A DNA stretch of 64,000 nt from Antedon mediterranea (lineage: Eukaryota > Animalia > Echinodermata), in assembly GCF_964355755.1 (NCBI RefSeq), contig NC_092673.1:14480948-14544947 (forward strand), given 5' to 3'. The position numbers and the translations under genes are program-made. This document shows positions 23,961 to 37,694 of the stretch, one piece after another; the stretch's first letter is position 1; every line of letters begins with the position of its first letter. Under the pieces are notes generated by a model. It did not search any database. It saw nothing but the letters and a program-made list of their open reading frames with translations, and was not told where the DNA came from.

Positions 23961-26900
23961 CTCTTTAGGCTACTGAATCTAGCATAAGAGCGGGACAAAA
24001 TTGTAGCCACATTTTTTTTAGTTTTAATATGCAAATTAGCTATAAAACCCATATTTTCATGATATTCCCTAATCTAATAATCCATTTATTACAATTTTTG
24101 TGGCAAACCCTATGTTTTCATACCCAATGAAGACATTGAATGTATTTTCTGTGATAAAATTTAGCTTTTGTGTGTTTCTTGACTTTTTTTTTTAGTATGA
24201 CTGAAAACGATTTCAATACTTTGTTTGAGTCGGTAAATGCACAGTTTCTGAAATATGCTGTTGTAGGCAATAATAATGTTGATTTTATTCGTTTCTGAAA
24301 TATGTTGTTGTTGCTCAATATGGACTTCTTGGAGTGCAGTTCAAATAAAAAATCAATTTACTATCTGCTAAATGATGCATGTTCACATTATTCCATATAA
24401 ATTTGCCCTAACATATCCTTTTCATTCAATAAACCAAAGAATTCTTGTAATGTCTAGATATATTCTCATTTACAAGACATTTTAAATGCATGGGATCTTT
24501 TTAGGTTTAGTTGTGAAACACAATTTTAGATTTAATTATTTTATGAGAATTGTTATTATTTGCCAAACTACTACAAAAATTCACAAACTATTTAAGTCAG
24601 TTATAATTTTTGTCTGGCAATAGAATAGGATTTCAAAATAATGCAAAAAAATATAAATAAAAGTAATATATATATATATAATTAAAATAGGCAAATCATT
24701 TTGAATTAAGTTCCTCTTCATTACAATGCTTGATCGATTGAAGCCATTTTAATTTTCCAGCAGTTGAAACATGTTCACTGTTCTCTTAACGTATCTCACA
24801 TCCTCTTCCAACATGTTCAAGAATATTTAAGATTTTTCAATACCACAAATTCATGCTTTTGGAATTTTCCCATCATACAGTATGATCTTTATATGGGATT
24901 AGCTGAAACCTGGATATAACTTTGATTCTTTATACAATTTACACCTATACTGAAGATGAATACCAGGTTGTGAAAGTGGAATTGAACCAGGGTGTTATAC
25001 GACACACCTACTGTACTATAGCCAGTTGTTCCTTTACCAAAGATAAATGATTAAGTATAAAGCATTGACAACTGAGGAAGGAAAACTCTAACCAAGACAA
25101 TACTACCACTAAGTGTATGCTTCAAATATGAACATAAAGACTTAGGAACATACTGTAAAGAAGCTGACAGGAAGAGATTCATTTATTTTGCAATAATAAA
25201 TAAATCGGCCATGCAACTGTTGAATGACACTGTTTATCAGCAGCATACAAATGGAAGATAAGAATGTAAAGAAAAGACATTTTCTAACAGCTGAATATAA
25301 ATGCAGTACAAATCACAAAAAGTTTATGCATGGTTGTCTTCAAAAGACTTGCTACGAACACTTTCAAAAGGAAGCGACAAAATGAACATTTGACAGTCAA
25401 ATAAAGAAATAGTTGTGGTATAGAAAAATCTTGAGTTTCCATTTTTTAACCTATTGGAGGAGGATGGTTTACTAAATAAATCAGACAACTTAAGACCAAC
25501 GATATTAAATTGTATCCAAGACCCATCATATGGTGTCTTCTTCTTCGCTTCTGGAGTGTAGTGTTTGCACTGCTGCAATAAATCAATTTCAGACATAAAA
25601 AGATGAAGAAGAATTTAACTAAAATTGACGAAAATGATATGCTTATAATAATGTATTCAATTTATAGAATAATATTGTTTGTACAGTATCAATTTCACTT
25701 TTAAACAACATTTGTGGCCTTTGACTTTATATGTTACACTAGGTCAACATTTGTAAAATCTACACAATTTCTGTAAATAAATAGGATATTCTATTGCCAG
25801 ATAAGATATAACAAATATACTGCTCAAACATAAGCAGCAAATTATCTTTAATCCTGAAAATGTGTTTATCAGAGAAGTTAGTTAACAAAAAAAATAAATA
25901 AATCAATCCATAGGTTAAAGAAAATTTAGTTTGCTTATTTGCACTTTTTCATTTTCTGCATGTTTTGCACAATTGGTATTCTTGTACTATTACCTATTAG
26001 TTGTTTTATAGCTTCTGTGTATGATCATTTGTATCTATTCTATAATTTCCTTGTTATGTTAGCAGCCTCAGTTCAAATCTACATTTGCTATTAACAATTT
26101 CTGTCACTGTCAGCTCATATTCCCTCAGCTTAAAACCAGCAGTGCCAAACTGCTTTTGCACCTGCAGGATGATGGCCCTAACCATGAATTGTTTTTTTTT
26201 GTGTTAGAAACAGACATGTTTGCTTTCAACAACAAACTTGGTGTTCTTTTTTACATGGAAGCTGTAACATAATCAGGTGATTAGAAATTATTTAGAAAGT
26301 ATGGCTGTATAACTGTCATCTATAACAGTTTTGGTTTAAATTTGCACACAGAGGGACAACCGATTTCCTCTTCAAGAGTTAGTGGGAAGAGTATCATAAC
26401 TCTTTAATAAATGTTGAATCAGATTCTCTGCTCTACTGCCAACATATGGTAATCTTTTTCCGATCTCCCCATATTGACATCATTATTAAATCTGGGCTGA
26501 TATCCTACATTACCATCTCTTGTTGTCTTTAATGAAGATTTCATGAATGGAACATTCGGTTGTAGTTTCTCTCTATGATTATAATATATAATCCTCTGCT
26601 TAACCTTCTACATTCTCTTTGACATACGTTATCTCCTTTTCGCAGTAAATGTTCATCTCCTCTGTTGTGATGCAAAGCATTCACACTAAGAAATTAAGTT
26701 CCTGCCATCGACACTCATGCTTCCAAGCTTAGCTGCACTTTTGTTGCTTTTTTGGTTTGTCTTGTTTTTCTCATCTTGTTTTTAGTAAAGTCACGTTTTA
26801 ATCAGTGTGACTTACTTTTTCTCTATCTAACTAGTACCTGGATTCTAATAAATAATGATTGACTATTTCACAAAAAAACCTAAAAGTAACATATTCATTC

Positions 26901-27174
26901 ATTTTTTTCCCTTTTTGTAACATATTCAATATGGTCTAACCACTGAGTTTGATTTCCAAATTCTTTGGGACTGATTGAAAAATGTATGACTGTCCAGTTT
27001 TGTTTTGAGCTGTTCATTCCTTATTACAATATTGCGGCACTTGTCATGTGACAAGTCATCATCTTTTTGTTTAGATGATGGGTTTGTCACCCATTTGCTT
27101 GCCTTGATGGTCAATTTCGACACTTGAATTGGCTTGTTTGGGCTTAGCTTTTTTGTTGTGAAAATGTTATGAAA

Positions 27175-27370
27175 TACTCCTCCAGGTAACTAAAAATCAG
27201 CAATTGGATGTTTGGGATCTGAGCAACTGCAATTTCTTTCAAAGTTAGTCCCTCATTCCTGCTTGAGTGAAATAACAGGTCTTCATTGCTCGTCTATATC
27301 TCTATCGCATAGTAAGTCTTTTTGTGTGGCTCTCAGTTTCTTCTCTGATGGGATGCCAGGGAGTACATAT
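27175..27370 (-). mobile_element. Possible Chapaev/Transib-like transposase fragment (pre-catalytic region)
   Basis: PSEKKLRATQKDLL and LKEIAVAQIPNIQLLIFSYLEE resemble the region that precedes the LTWH/GGDKG motif in this family. Confidence 0.35.
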
Positions 27371-28968
27371 CTATTATTTGAATAGGTATTTTATTAGCAT
27401 CCAAGATAGTTTACTGGCAGTAAATGACAATATATGCAAGTGTTTGAATGATGAGAAAAATTGAACTTTTAATCCACTATCTCTTGAACCCTGTGTATGT
27501 TGTTATTAATTAAACACGAAATGCATACATTTTAGGATTTACCTCTGACTGCAAGTGGTTTATACTGGCTGTTGTTTTAACTTGATGTCGCCTTTCATTT
27601 TTTTAAATTTTCTTTCTACATACACAGCAAATTGCTTGCAATGCAGTCAAATGAAAAAAAAAAATCATCCATTTTATGATAGCGCGACCTAAACTCACCA
27701 AATCACTGCAGCGCACAAATGCTTGTTTACATTGTAAATACGCCAATAATATCTAAACTAAATTAAAGCGGGTTGTTTCTAATTATATGAATTATCTTTT
27801 AAATTATTAGTATCATTGAATATCTCAAATACTAGCATTACTGTAATAAATTATATTGTTCAATAATAATTGTGTATGAAGTGAACATACACTAATAATT
27901 GTCATAGTCTCACTCACACGAAATCTTGAAATGTCAATGTATATTTTCATTTCTGCTGTTCTGTTTTTAATTTATTGATTCCTCATTCAGTTTGATTTTC
28001 ATTTAACTTGGTTTTTGTGGTGGGTTGTGTGTCAAAGATATTAGTTGAGTCATCTTGCTGATGATCATTACATGAAAATAAAATTTTAATATATAACTAC
28101 TAATTATTCTCAATCTCATAACAATAAAATTAATACAATCTAATTAATCATAATAATGAGTTTAACTTACAAGTTTCTATAGATGTTTCACACCCTGTTG
28201 AAACAAACATCACACTATCGATTCCCCCATAAATATCACAAATAATCTCATCAACTGTGACATTTGCATTGAATTGTGATAATAATGTTGTTTTTGAATT
28301 GTTGTAAAGCTCGACTAATTCCACTTTCTGAAAATATAGCGCTTACCTTTAAAAGCTGTCTGGCTGACCCTTCCAACAGTCCGAGATTCCACAATATAAA
28401 AATAAACTTCTAGCCATTATAGTTATTTTCAATCAATCAATCAGGCATCCTTCAGTCAAAATTGACTATGGCGACAATTGCAATTTTTACAAGAAACATC
28501 TGTTTTTGCCCACTGTTCGCACTTCATCAATATAAGATTGTATAAGATTGACCTTTATCTGTAGGTGTGCAAGAAAGTTTTTAATCTATGATCAATCATT
28601 GAAATTCATAAAATCGCGTGTAACTTACGCTGTGCGACTCGAAAATCATAAAAAAAAAGTCATTTTGTATTGAAACTTGGTGAAAATTTAATTCATATCA
28701 TGCGCAAACTTTCTATGGATTAAAAATGGCATGTTTCACAGAATGTTTAAAATTTCAAAATGCGAAAAATCAACTTCTAATCAAATTTCTACGCGTTTCA
28801 TGTCATTTTGAGCATTTCAATAAACATAATTTTTTGCGTGATTTGTGATTTTTAAGCCTTTTCTAGTAATTTTACCAACTTTCAAACAATTTCGATATAA
28901 AATCACGTCATACGAGCACGTCGAATTGGACAATTTGCACGCGCTTTTTATGAAAAAGTTAAAAAATT

Positions 28969-29175
28969 GTTGTGAGGTGGTTTCCCGAATGATCGTAAAA
29001 TCAAAACGGTACTGGGTATGACCAACTAGCTAGTCATCCATTCATAGAAGTACTAATGTAGTAGCCTACCTGTACGGTGACCATAGAATGTGACCCGAGG
29101 CATGACTAACTATGACTTTTAGATGATAGAAAGTTGAGAAAAAATGTTACGAGTAGTTGTAAGACATGAAGATGT
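28969..29175. mobile_element. Truncated MITE of the TGTGAGGTGGTTTCCCGAATGATCG family
   Basis: Reverse complement of 31320-31515. Only one TIR is retained. Confidence 0.75.
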
Positions 29176-30227
29176 TTATGAAATTATGTTAAAGATGTAT
29201 TACATATTACATTAGGCATATAAACAGTAATGTGTGTGTTAGTAAAAATAATTTTATGTTAAAAGATATAAGGAAGAAAAACAAAGAGATTATGGAGCGG
29301 CTGTACCTGAATATACAATATTGTAAGGTTAAAAACTAGAAATTTAGGCGATCTTGTCAAAGGTCAAGTGCCTTCAGCCTGCCACGTTTCGATATTCAAT
29401 ATTGAACTTGACCTGACGTGGTTCCACAATATCTTTATATGAAAAATTTGTAGAGTGGATAGAAAATTATTAAAAAGGTTATTGTTTTTAATATACGTTG
29501 TTCGTTTTAATGTTAAACTATGTTTAAATTTTCTCACCTTTTTAGAAAAAAATTGTATTTTATTTCAATATGAAGGAGATTGAAAGTTTATGTTACGTAC
29601 TTGTTTCTGTGTATACAGGACGCTAAAAAATTTAAATTATTAGATAGGATTTACGTAATATGAATATATTTTATTGTTTATATGAAAGTAATTTTTAAAA
29701 TAGAAATGATTTAGTTCTAAATATAATATTAATTAGTCTTACCTTGTTTAAAAAGCCATTTGGTTTGGATTTTATTGAAATAATGACAATGTCGGAGCTG
29801 TAGTAAATTTAATATGTTTTTACCGACCTTTCCTTAGTGAGAATGTTATGTTTGAAAGAAACAGGTTCGAAGGTTTGCTATGTGCGTGTGTTAGAACGCG
29901 GTATCGAATTGACGCGGGTGTTATGATTACGCGTAAAAGTCTGTATAGATTATTCTTATTATTAAGTGATAGTGATCAAAAAGGTAAATTTATGTCATTT
30001 AAAAGTGGGTGCTTATAATATATTTAATCTGGTATAAAAACATTTTATAAGTCATAAAACTCAAAATGAATGAATAAATATAGAGGTAAACATAATGGTA
30101 CAGTATGCACAACGCTTTATTTGACAAAATAAAGGTGTTTATAAGAATATTATAAAATACAAAAATTTAGTATTAAATTATTATAATACGATATTAAAAT
30201 AATATTAAATTATACTAAACTTTTAAT

Positions 30228-31275
30228 TTAATATGTTTGATAAGTTGCAAGTTTGTAGTGCAATTGTTTATTTGTGCAGCATATTTGTTTAATGTTTTTG
30301 TCGTTATAAGAAATGTATTGTATGTTATACTTGTTTTTGAGTAGGTGCTTGTGGTTCTTTATAATACCTATATTTGTTTTATCTGTGGTTTTATCAAATT
30401 TTGTTTTAATAAAAATTGTTTGTTTATTAATATTCTTTGTGATCTTTTTCTTTGGGTTCTGTTTAAAATGTATCAAATGTTTATTTATGAATTTATGGCT
30501 GTAACCTATTTTCTTTAATCGTAATGAGAATGATGTGTAGATATTCTTTTATATTACATGAAAGTCGGTTATAACGATGGGACTCTGTTTTGATAATACT
30601 TTTAAAAATTGCTGGGTTATGGTTGGATGTTTTATGAATGTATGTATATTTTTGGTATGGTTTTTGATGTATTGAGTAGTGTATTTTGTTTGTTGATAGT
30701 GTTGTATAGTTGATGGAAATGTGTGTGTCCAAATATATCATGTTAGTAGTATTAAAAGTAAAGTTGAGTGGAATATTGTGTGGGTAGATGTTGGATATGG
30801 ATTTAATAAGGTCAAGAGAATTAATTTTAGGGTTGCTGATAATTAGTGCGCCGTCGTCTATGTATCGGGTAAATAAGAAGTTGGAAGGGTTTAGTTGAAA
30901 TCTTTGTTTTAATGTGGTGAGGAAGTTTAATTCTTTCAAAAGGAGGGTAAGATTAGCGATTTGGGCGCTGTGGTAAGACCCCATAATGATTCCCTGTATT
31001 TCTTTATAAAAATAAGGTCCGGCTTTGAAGTATGCGTTTTTATTAATTATGTTGTTTAATTTTGTGAGATATAATTTGGTTTCATTGTTAAAGTTTAAAA
31101 GGTTGCAGGCATTTGTGATGGTGTCATTGGTATCTTGTATTGTGATGTTAGTGTAAAGGCTTTCGAAGTCCCAGGAAATAAAGAAATTTCTGTCGGAGTA
31201 TTTTGTGTTAATTAATTGTGTTTTGGAAACTAATTTGTTTGAGTTTTCAATAATGGGAAAGGGTACATTTTTGTC
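30228..31275 (-). mobile_element. Penelope-like retroelement RT, 5'-truncated
   Basis: SWDFESLYTNI, GIIMGSYHSAQIANL, RYIDDG, YLDTHI and HQKPYQKYTYIHKTSNHNPAIFKSIIKTESHRYNRLSC. Confidence 0.9.
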
Positions 31276-31286
31276 ATTGAACGTTG

Positions 31287-31515
31287 TGAGGTGGTTTCCC
31301 GAATGATCGTAAAATCAGAACATTTTTGACATCCACATGCAGTATAACTCTTAACAATTTTTTCAACCTTCTATCAACTAAAAGTCGTATGGTCACCGTA
31401 CAGGTAGGCTACTACATCAGTACTTCTATGAATGGATGACTAGTCGGTGACAAAAACGCTAGTTGGTCATACACAGTACCGTTTTGATTTTACGATCATT
31501 CGGGAAACCACTTCA
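31287..31515. mobile_element. MITE with 34-bp TIRs
   Basis: tgaggtggtttcccgaatgatcgtaaaatcagaa (31287-31320) is the inverse of 31482-31515 with 2 mismatches. Confidence 0.85.
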
Positions 31516-31599
31516 GGAAGGGCATCAATATGAGCACGTTATTGTTCGTCTTTATTATTAAGTTTTTGTAAAATGGATAACATTTCCGCGACATGTTTC

Positions 31600-32280
31600 A
31601 TCCATGCTTCTCTTTCTTGCCTATCTAGCTCAAATTTCTGCTTTTCCAATTCTAACTGACTTTCTTGATTTTAAATAATCGCTCACATTGCCGTATCTCC
31701 TATTTGCTTTCCCATTAACTCTTTCAATTTTTCATCCTTTTTCTAATCATTCTTTTTTTCCTTTTCAACCATAATTGACTTGATCTCTGTAAGTAAAACT
31801 TTGTGTTCTCCATACTCTTCTTCTGTTCCAGATCTGCCAAAAGTACATTACAGTACTAGTTGTATGTCAACAAATAAAATTCAAAACACAATTATCTACA
31901 AATATATATATATATACCATCTTTAGTCGTGCTTAAATATTAATACTTACCAAAAAAATCGCCAGAAATGTTATGCATTGACCCACTTGCATAGAATCTA
32001 AGTGCTGTGCACACTTTCAGGACCTGTGGCACTGCATTATTTCGATTAGTTACGTTTAAATCAATTGTGAGTATATCACCAAGCCTCATTATTGTTTGCC
32101 GGTTAAACCAAAATTTTCGATATAATTCGTCCTATTCTCTCTCGATAACCTTGCACCGCGATAAAGTTGGCCATTTTTTTTGTCGTCTTCGCGGCGAATC
32201 CTAAGCCTGTTACGAGGCTTAGAATCTAAGACCGTGAAATGGCCTTTGTAGGCTTTATTTTGCAAGAGGCTTTATTCTAA
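31600..32280 (-). mobile_element. Deleted PIF/Harbinger element (transposase N-terminus plus Myb/SANT protein exon)
   Basis: FWFNRQTIMRLGDILTIDLNVTNRNNAVPQVLKVCTALRFYASGSMHNISGD and RSGTEEEYGEHKVLLTEIK. Confidence 0.8.
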
Positions 32281-32699
32281 GACCCCATAGAAGGCAATAT
32301 ACTGTAAGGACCTTTATTGCAATCTGCCTCTGGTATTTTACTGCTGCTTGATCATGTGTACTTGTTTCATCTACAGTTAGATTGGAGGATGTTCTATAAA
32401 TTGTTGAAATTAAAGTAGACTGATGATAGTTTGCATATATGTACAGAATTGTCTTTCAGTATGTACAGTAGGTAACAGTCTAGTAATATAAACAATTAAA
32501 TCAGTCAGCGCCATGAGCAATGACAGATTGAACGATTGATTGATTGTAAAATTAATTTCTTTTACATGAATTAAATACATTGAATACAGTAAAATGTGAT
32601 AAAAAACAATGAATTAAAAAATAGTATATTTCATGATATACTTCAGCATGTGAATATTTTGTTTGTTATTACGATAATAAAAAAAAAAATTTGCCTTCA

Positions 32700-33223
32700 A
32701 AAATAAAAGTTACAGAAAGAAAACAAATTTCAACTTACTCCCTAGATTTAAAAAAGGATCCAAAAACCCAAGAATTTTAGCATTCTTGTATGCTTTCGTT
32801 GGTTTGGCCTCATCGCCACTTTTTTGTTTTTCCACTTACTATTACAAAAGCATTTCTGATATTGCTCCATTTTTTTTTACCTCATCGCCTGTGAAGAAAA
32901 CAAAATCCTAGTATAGTAGTAGTAGTTAATAATGTGGGCCTAGTATTGTATCTAGCCTAGGCCTAGTAGTAAGTAGACCTAGAAGCCCCTCAGAACTAGC
33001 TAGGCCTAGGCTAGCTTTTCAGGACAGGTGGCCCAATCCAAAATGGAAAAAAAATGTAATAATAGTAATACCTTCAATCTATCCTTTGAAGCTCTTTTTT
33101 AAAAATTAAGTTTGTTTATTTTATTTACTGCAGTATCTCACTTAAAGGAGAGTCAGCCAACACTTCTTTTAATAGAACAACATCTAATTTTGGGTTGAAC
33201 CGAGTGCAGGTCACAGTGGCCAT
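32700..33223 (-). mobile_element. Harbinger-type Myb/SANT protein N-terminus relic
   Basis: MATVTCTRFNPKLDVVLLKEVLADSP...RASKDRLK followed by a GT donor. Confidence 0.55.
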
Positions 33224-34379
33224 AATCTAAAGGAAAAAAGATTTAATATAACGCCAGATATTTTTTTACTCATCTAGACTTTATAGAAAAGTATTGTGCA
33301 TTTCTGTGGCTTGATGCTTGACCAAGCTTGCTTTGCGTAGCGTTGTGCAAGGAACTTGACTTCATACCATTGAGCCACTTTGGGCTTTTAGATTAAATTT
33401 CGAACACAAACTACTGAGCATGCCTGTTAATAATAGAAATAGTGATAAGTAATAATAAACAGGAACAGGAAATGCAAAAGTGAACGGGTAATGTATTTTC
33501 CATTTTTGGGTAGTTGTTGTGCGGATTCGTTGACTGCATTGTAAAACTAAAATATGCGTTGAAATCCTAAACTAAAATATCCCATGTCGGATAATCTACT
33601 ATTTGTTGATTAATTATATTAGGCCTACTTATTTATTAAATAATTTCAATTGATTAACTCCTACTGTGGGCCAATACCGCTTTTTCCTTACCGCAGCCGA
33701 GCCAGCAGGTTGATCATCTTCACAGAAGATGCAGAACTTTGTTCTTCTTGCTGCTCATTTTGAGGAGGAGTTACCGACAAAAGAGTAAATTCCACCGATC
33801 TATAGAGTCAATTAATTCAGACGATTTTTTTTGTTGTTGATAATATTTAATGAGGGTGGTAGCCAAGCATCATAACCACCAAGCCACAACTCCACTTTCC
33901 AGCCAACAGCAAATTCAAACTAGAGATCGAAAGAGAGACGTGGCGAAAGCCATTATAACACTTTGTTACACAGCCTTTGTTTCTTGGCTTGCATCGTCGT
34001 CATATAGCGGTCATATCACATGTTTTATATGCATTATGCATGCGCGCCTCCTCAGCTCTAAAAAGTACCTGTTATTAACCTATTTTTAGATTGGTTGTGG
34101 TTGATATTTTTAAGCGTCATGGATATGGTTTTAGAGAGAGTTTTTGTAGAGAACCCACGGTACGTGACGCTTCAAAGGCCTGGGGAGAACACTGTGTATT
34201 GCTGAGGAACTTGTGGTTGCCTCATGAAATATTAGACCAGTTACTCTTCAACTGTGTCTGCCTTTGGTTGTCCTCTCAAACATTTCATTTACACTAAACG
34301 ATTTTATCATTCTATGACTCACGACAATATAATGCGGTAATCTTTTTTTTCGGTGTTTTGGCTGTTCAACTTCGCTTTA

Positions 34380-34610
34380 AATAATAGGTATTGTGGTGGT
34401 AAAATGCTAACACATTGACAGGTTTTGTTTTGCTTTGTCTGGCATGCTGCTAACAAAACACTGTCTTTTGTTAAATACAGCATGTATAGCCTCACCACCT
34501 TGTTCTCCAAGACCAAAATGCTATCGTCTCATTTGCTCTTCAACATGAAATTGAAGCATATGCAATTTTGGGGATATGAGGTCAGATTTGGTTTTGTATG
34601 CCTCAATAAA
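34380..34610 (-). mobile_element. Chapaev/Transib-like transposase C-terminal fragment
   Basis: ISPKLHMLQFHVEEQMRR*HFGLGEQGGEAIHAVFN is homologous to ORF 53644-53931. Confidence 0.75.
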
Positions 34611-35531
34611 TAGGCATACTGTATGTCGGATTCTGAAAATAATTGTATGTGGAATCTAGACAATTAATTAAAATTAATACATGATTCCATATTCTAGTAA
34701 ATAAACAACACTAAATACCTGTACCGTGTTACTGTTGACGTGTTATTTTATTTGCTTTCAAGAAATGATCAAGCGCTGTTACGATAGAACCTGTACCAAA
34801 AGGTAGGTTTGCTTCAAGCTGTTTCTCCTATAAAACAAGACAAAGTTGTTTGTTGTTTAAGTTTATACAGAACATTTATAAATCGAAAAGTGTGTTCCTC
34901 ACAATATTTGAGAACGCATCTTTTGCCTTGATAATGTTTTTATATCCTTGTCAATTGATTGTCTGTCATGTCCTTTAAAGTTACTGAGTGGAGCTTTTCT
35001 TTCTTTATCTTTAATGCTTAAAATAGTAATAGTATAAACATTTTCAACCAAAATATAATATAAAAAAAACGTGACCGTTAACAATTTGGTTAAATATTAA
35101 TTTTAAGCATTGAATTGCAAATGATCATATCAATTTGATTTAAATTTTAAAAGATTTTAAAAGATGTATGCTACACAATGTTACTAAGATAATACTAATT
35201 AGATGTTGGATTCTTGGGTTATTAGGATAAATGTTATCCCCTACCCCAAAAAATATTTGAAGATAAAACACTGATGATCATTACAAATGACGCAAGTACA
35301 TACAATGCATCCCTATATTTTTCTTGTTAACATCGATTTTTTCACTCTATATGTCCGTGGGAAGAAAATGATACCAAAGAAGTTTAACGGTAACCCCCCT
35401 CCAGCCCATGGACTATAGTGGGTTAATTGTACAATCCCATCGGGATCCCACTTGAATTCTCGCTGTGATAAAAAAATCATAAGTCGACATATTGCATTGC
35501 ATATCGTTATTAATACTTCAAAGTATATTTG

Positions 35532-36236
35532 TTATTTTTGATTGCTCTAATTTTATCATTTAGTTTTTTGACAGTTTCGGTCCACACCTGCTCCCTTTGC
35601 TCAACTTGAATCTCTTGGTACCGTTTGAATATGTGAGCTGAAATAAAACAATACGACGGTTAAATCACAGAATGTTGTGTTGTGTTTTTATTTACAGCGT
35701 TTAATTATTGTCCATGTATACAAGACGCATTGCAATGATACAGTAGGCCTATAGTGCTGCAACAGACGAGTTGTTTTAAAGAAACATTAAACATAAAGTT
35801 TCCACAGGTGGGGCTTGGAAGGGGATTGCTGCTTTCGTAACCAAAGATACTGTTAATTTACTCACTTCTAAGCGCCCGTCTTTTAACCTCGGCCATCGCC
35901 ACCTTGTCCCGGCCAAATCCATAAATGCTTAAAGTGGCGCATTCTTCTTTGCAAACAACCAGTTCAAGAAGGTTAATTAAGGGCCAGCTTCATTATGTTG
36001 GTTGCCGACATTTCAGCCAGTCACCCGGTACCCAGGTATGTAAATTCTTGTATAAATTGTTTCCAATCGATTAGATCAACATAATAAATAGCACATCAAA
36101 TTCACGGCCGGCTAAACAATTATTTTCAAAACCTACCACTAGTATCAGAATCCTCTTGGGAAGGAGGAGGAGGAGGACATGATGATGGTGGCAATTTCGC
36201 CGCATGCCTGCTTTCACCAGATATATGATCAGCCAC
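35532..36236 (-). pseudogene. BEN-domain protein, 3' exons
   Basis: Splicing a phase-1 intron (35638-35865) gives LINLLELVVCKEECATLSIYGFGRDKVAMAEVKRRALRTHIFKRYQEIQVEQREQVWTETVKKLNDKIRAIKK*, which has a BEN-like pattern. Confidence 0.65.
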
Positions 36237-36329
36237 TACAAATAAGTTAATATAGAATACGGTATAATTAATGATAATTGCTTAATGATTTTATTGCTTG
36301 CGATCACTTGCGTTGCGTTATTAACGATT

Positions 36330-36366
36330 CTTACGTAAAGTTGACTTGGAGTCAACTTTACGTAAG
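36330..36366. repeat. Perfect hairpin, probably a MITE remnant
   Basis: cttacgtaaagttgact-tgg-agtcaactttacgtaag. Confidence 0.8.
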
Positions 36367-37694
36367 CGTAAGAGTCGTAAACGCAAGATATACAATGGAA
36401 AAGGATAGGCCTATTTTTAATACATACGAAAATACGACTTTCTTTAATAAAAGCAGCTTTTTTACAACATCTCTTTACCAAAAAAAAAAATGATAAAAAT
36501 TAGCCCTATATTAAAGAAGTACTTTTATTATATTCAAGTTCTTTCTATTCATACTTTTTTAAATTTTATTGACATATTCTCCTTCCGGTAATTAAGTTCG
36601 TTAACTTTTATTATTAGGAAAAATGATTCGATGTTTTTTTTTAAATTTATACCAGCACTTTTTACTCCATGTGAGTTTTTCTAATCAATGTCTTTGTTGT
36701 TTGTGTCTTATTATTGTATTATGTTTTGATGTTTTAATAAAGATTGAGGATGTGTGTACATGTATTGCTGTAAATAACAATAAAAAACTAAACAATTAAA
36801 ACAGTACGTATAAAGATACTTTTAAATAAGAAAAATACTAATAATAATGTGCAATAAAATTTAGCGCATACGAATTTAAGATGACCGTCTTAATATGGAG
36901 GAAAAATACAGGTAATTTTTTTTTGCTTACAGCCTTCCTTTACAAAAAAAAAAATCAATATTAAGCCTAACTTAAAAGAAATATTATAGTTTTATATTAC
37001 ATTAACATTCTCTTTCGCAGGCATACTTTCTTTATTTGATTGACATAGTGTGTGCATTAGCATGTAGACCTACCGTGGTACTTTAATTAAAATAACAATA
37101 AGCATGCCGGGTCAATATAGAGAGGTACATCTTTTTGACGTTTTACCGCACTTAAAAATGACGGCAAAACAAAAGTAAATTAGAAGATTGCAAACAAAAA
37201 GTTACATTCCCAACGTGTTCTTGAAGATTATAAACTGTTTCCTAATAGAAGCGGCATGAACAAAGTAATTTGTTTAGTTTTTTGATTGGATAAAGCAATA
37301 CGTAGTAAAGTAAACGAAACAGGGTTGGATGGGATGGATTGCATCCAGACAAAAAAAAACACAAAAATGTTCCGTCGTACAAAAACGGAAAAAGGGAGAA
37401 AAAAAACGCATGGGAAGCCGTACAAATACCAGTTGACGAATGTCAACGCATGTATAATTTGAGGCGAACCGCATTTGCAAGGTAACAATTGTTAATAAAT
37501 ATCATAGAAATTTAGATAAAATAATTTCTATAGGTAACTTGACCATTGACTATAATTTATCATACCAAAAGTATGTGACATATAAAAAATATGCATAGGT
37601 ACAGTATAACAATTTGACGAAATTTTCAGAAATTGTTAATTGTTGATGATTATCATTCAAATATTTATAAACAAAAACTTGCAATTATAATGTA

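Noticed and set aside
28140-28560. Exon-like minus-strand segments with gtaag donors
   Set aside because: Too degraded to translate into a recognisable domain.
29350-29425. Hammerhead ribozyme downstream of the Penelope RT
   Set aside because: The minus strand has CGAAACGTGG pairing with CCACGTC, but no correctly placed CTGANGA core or stem II.
34091-34310. Coding-like segment next to the Chapaev fragment
   Set aside because: No motif I can assign, and multiple stops in the plausible frame.
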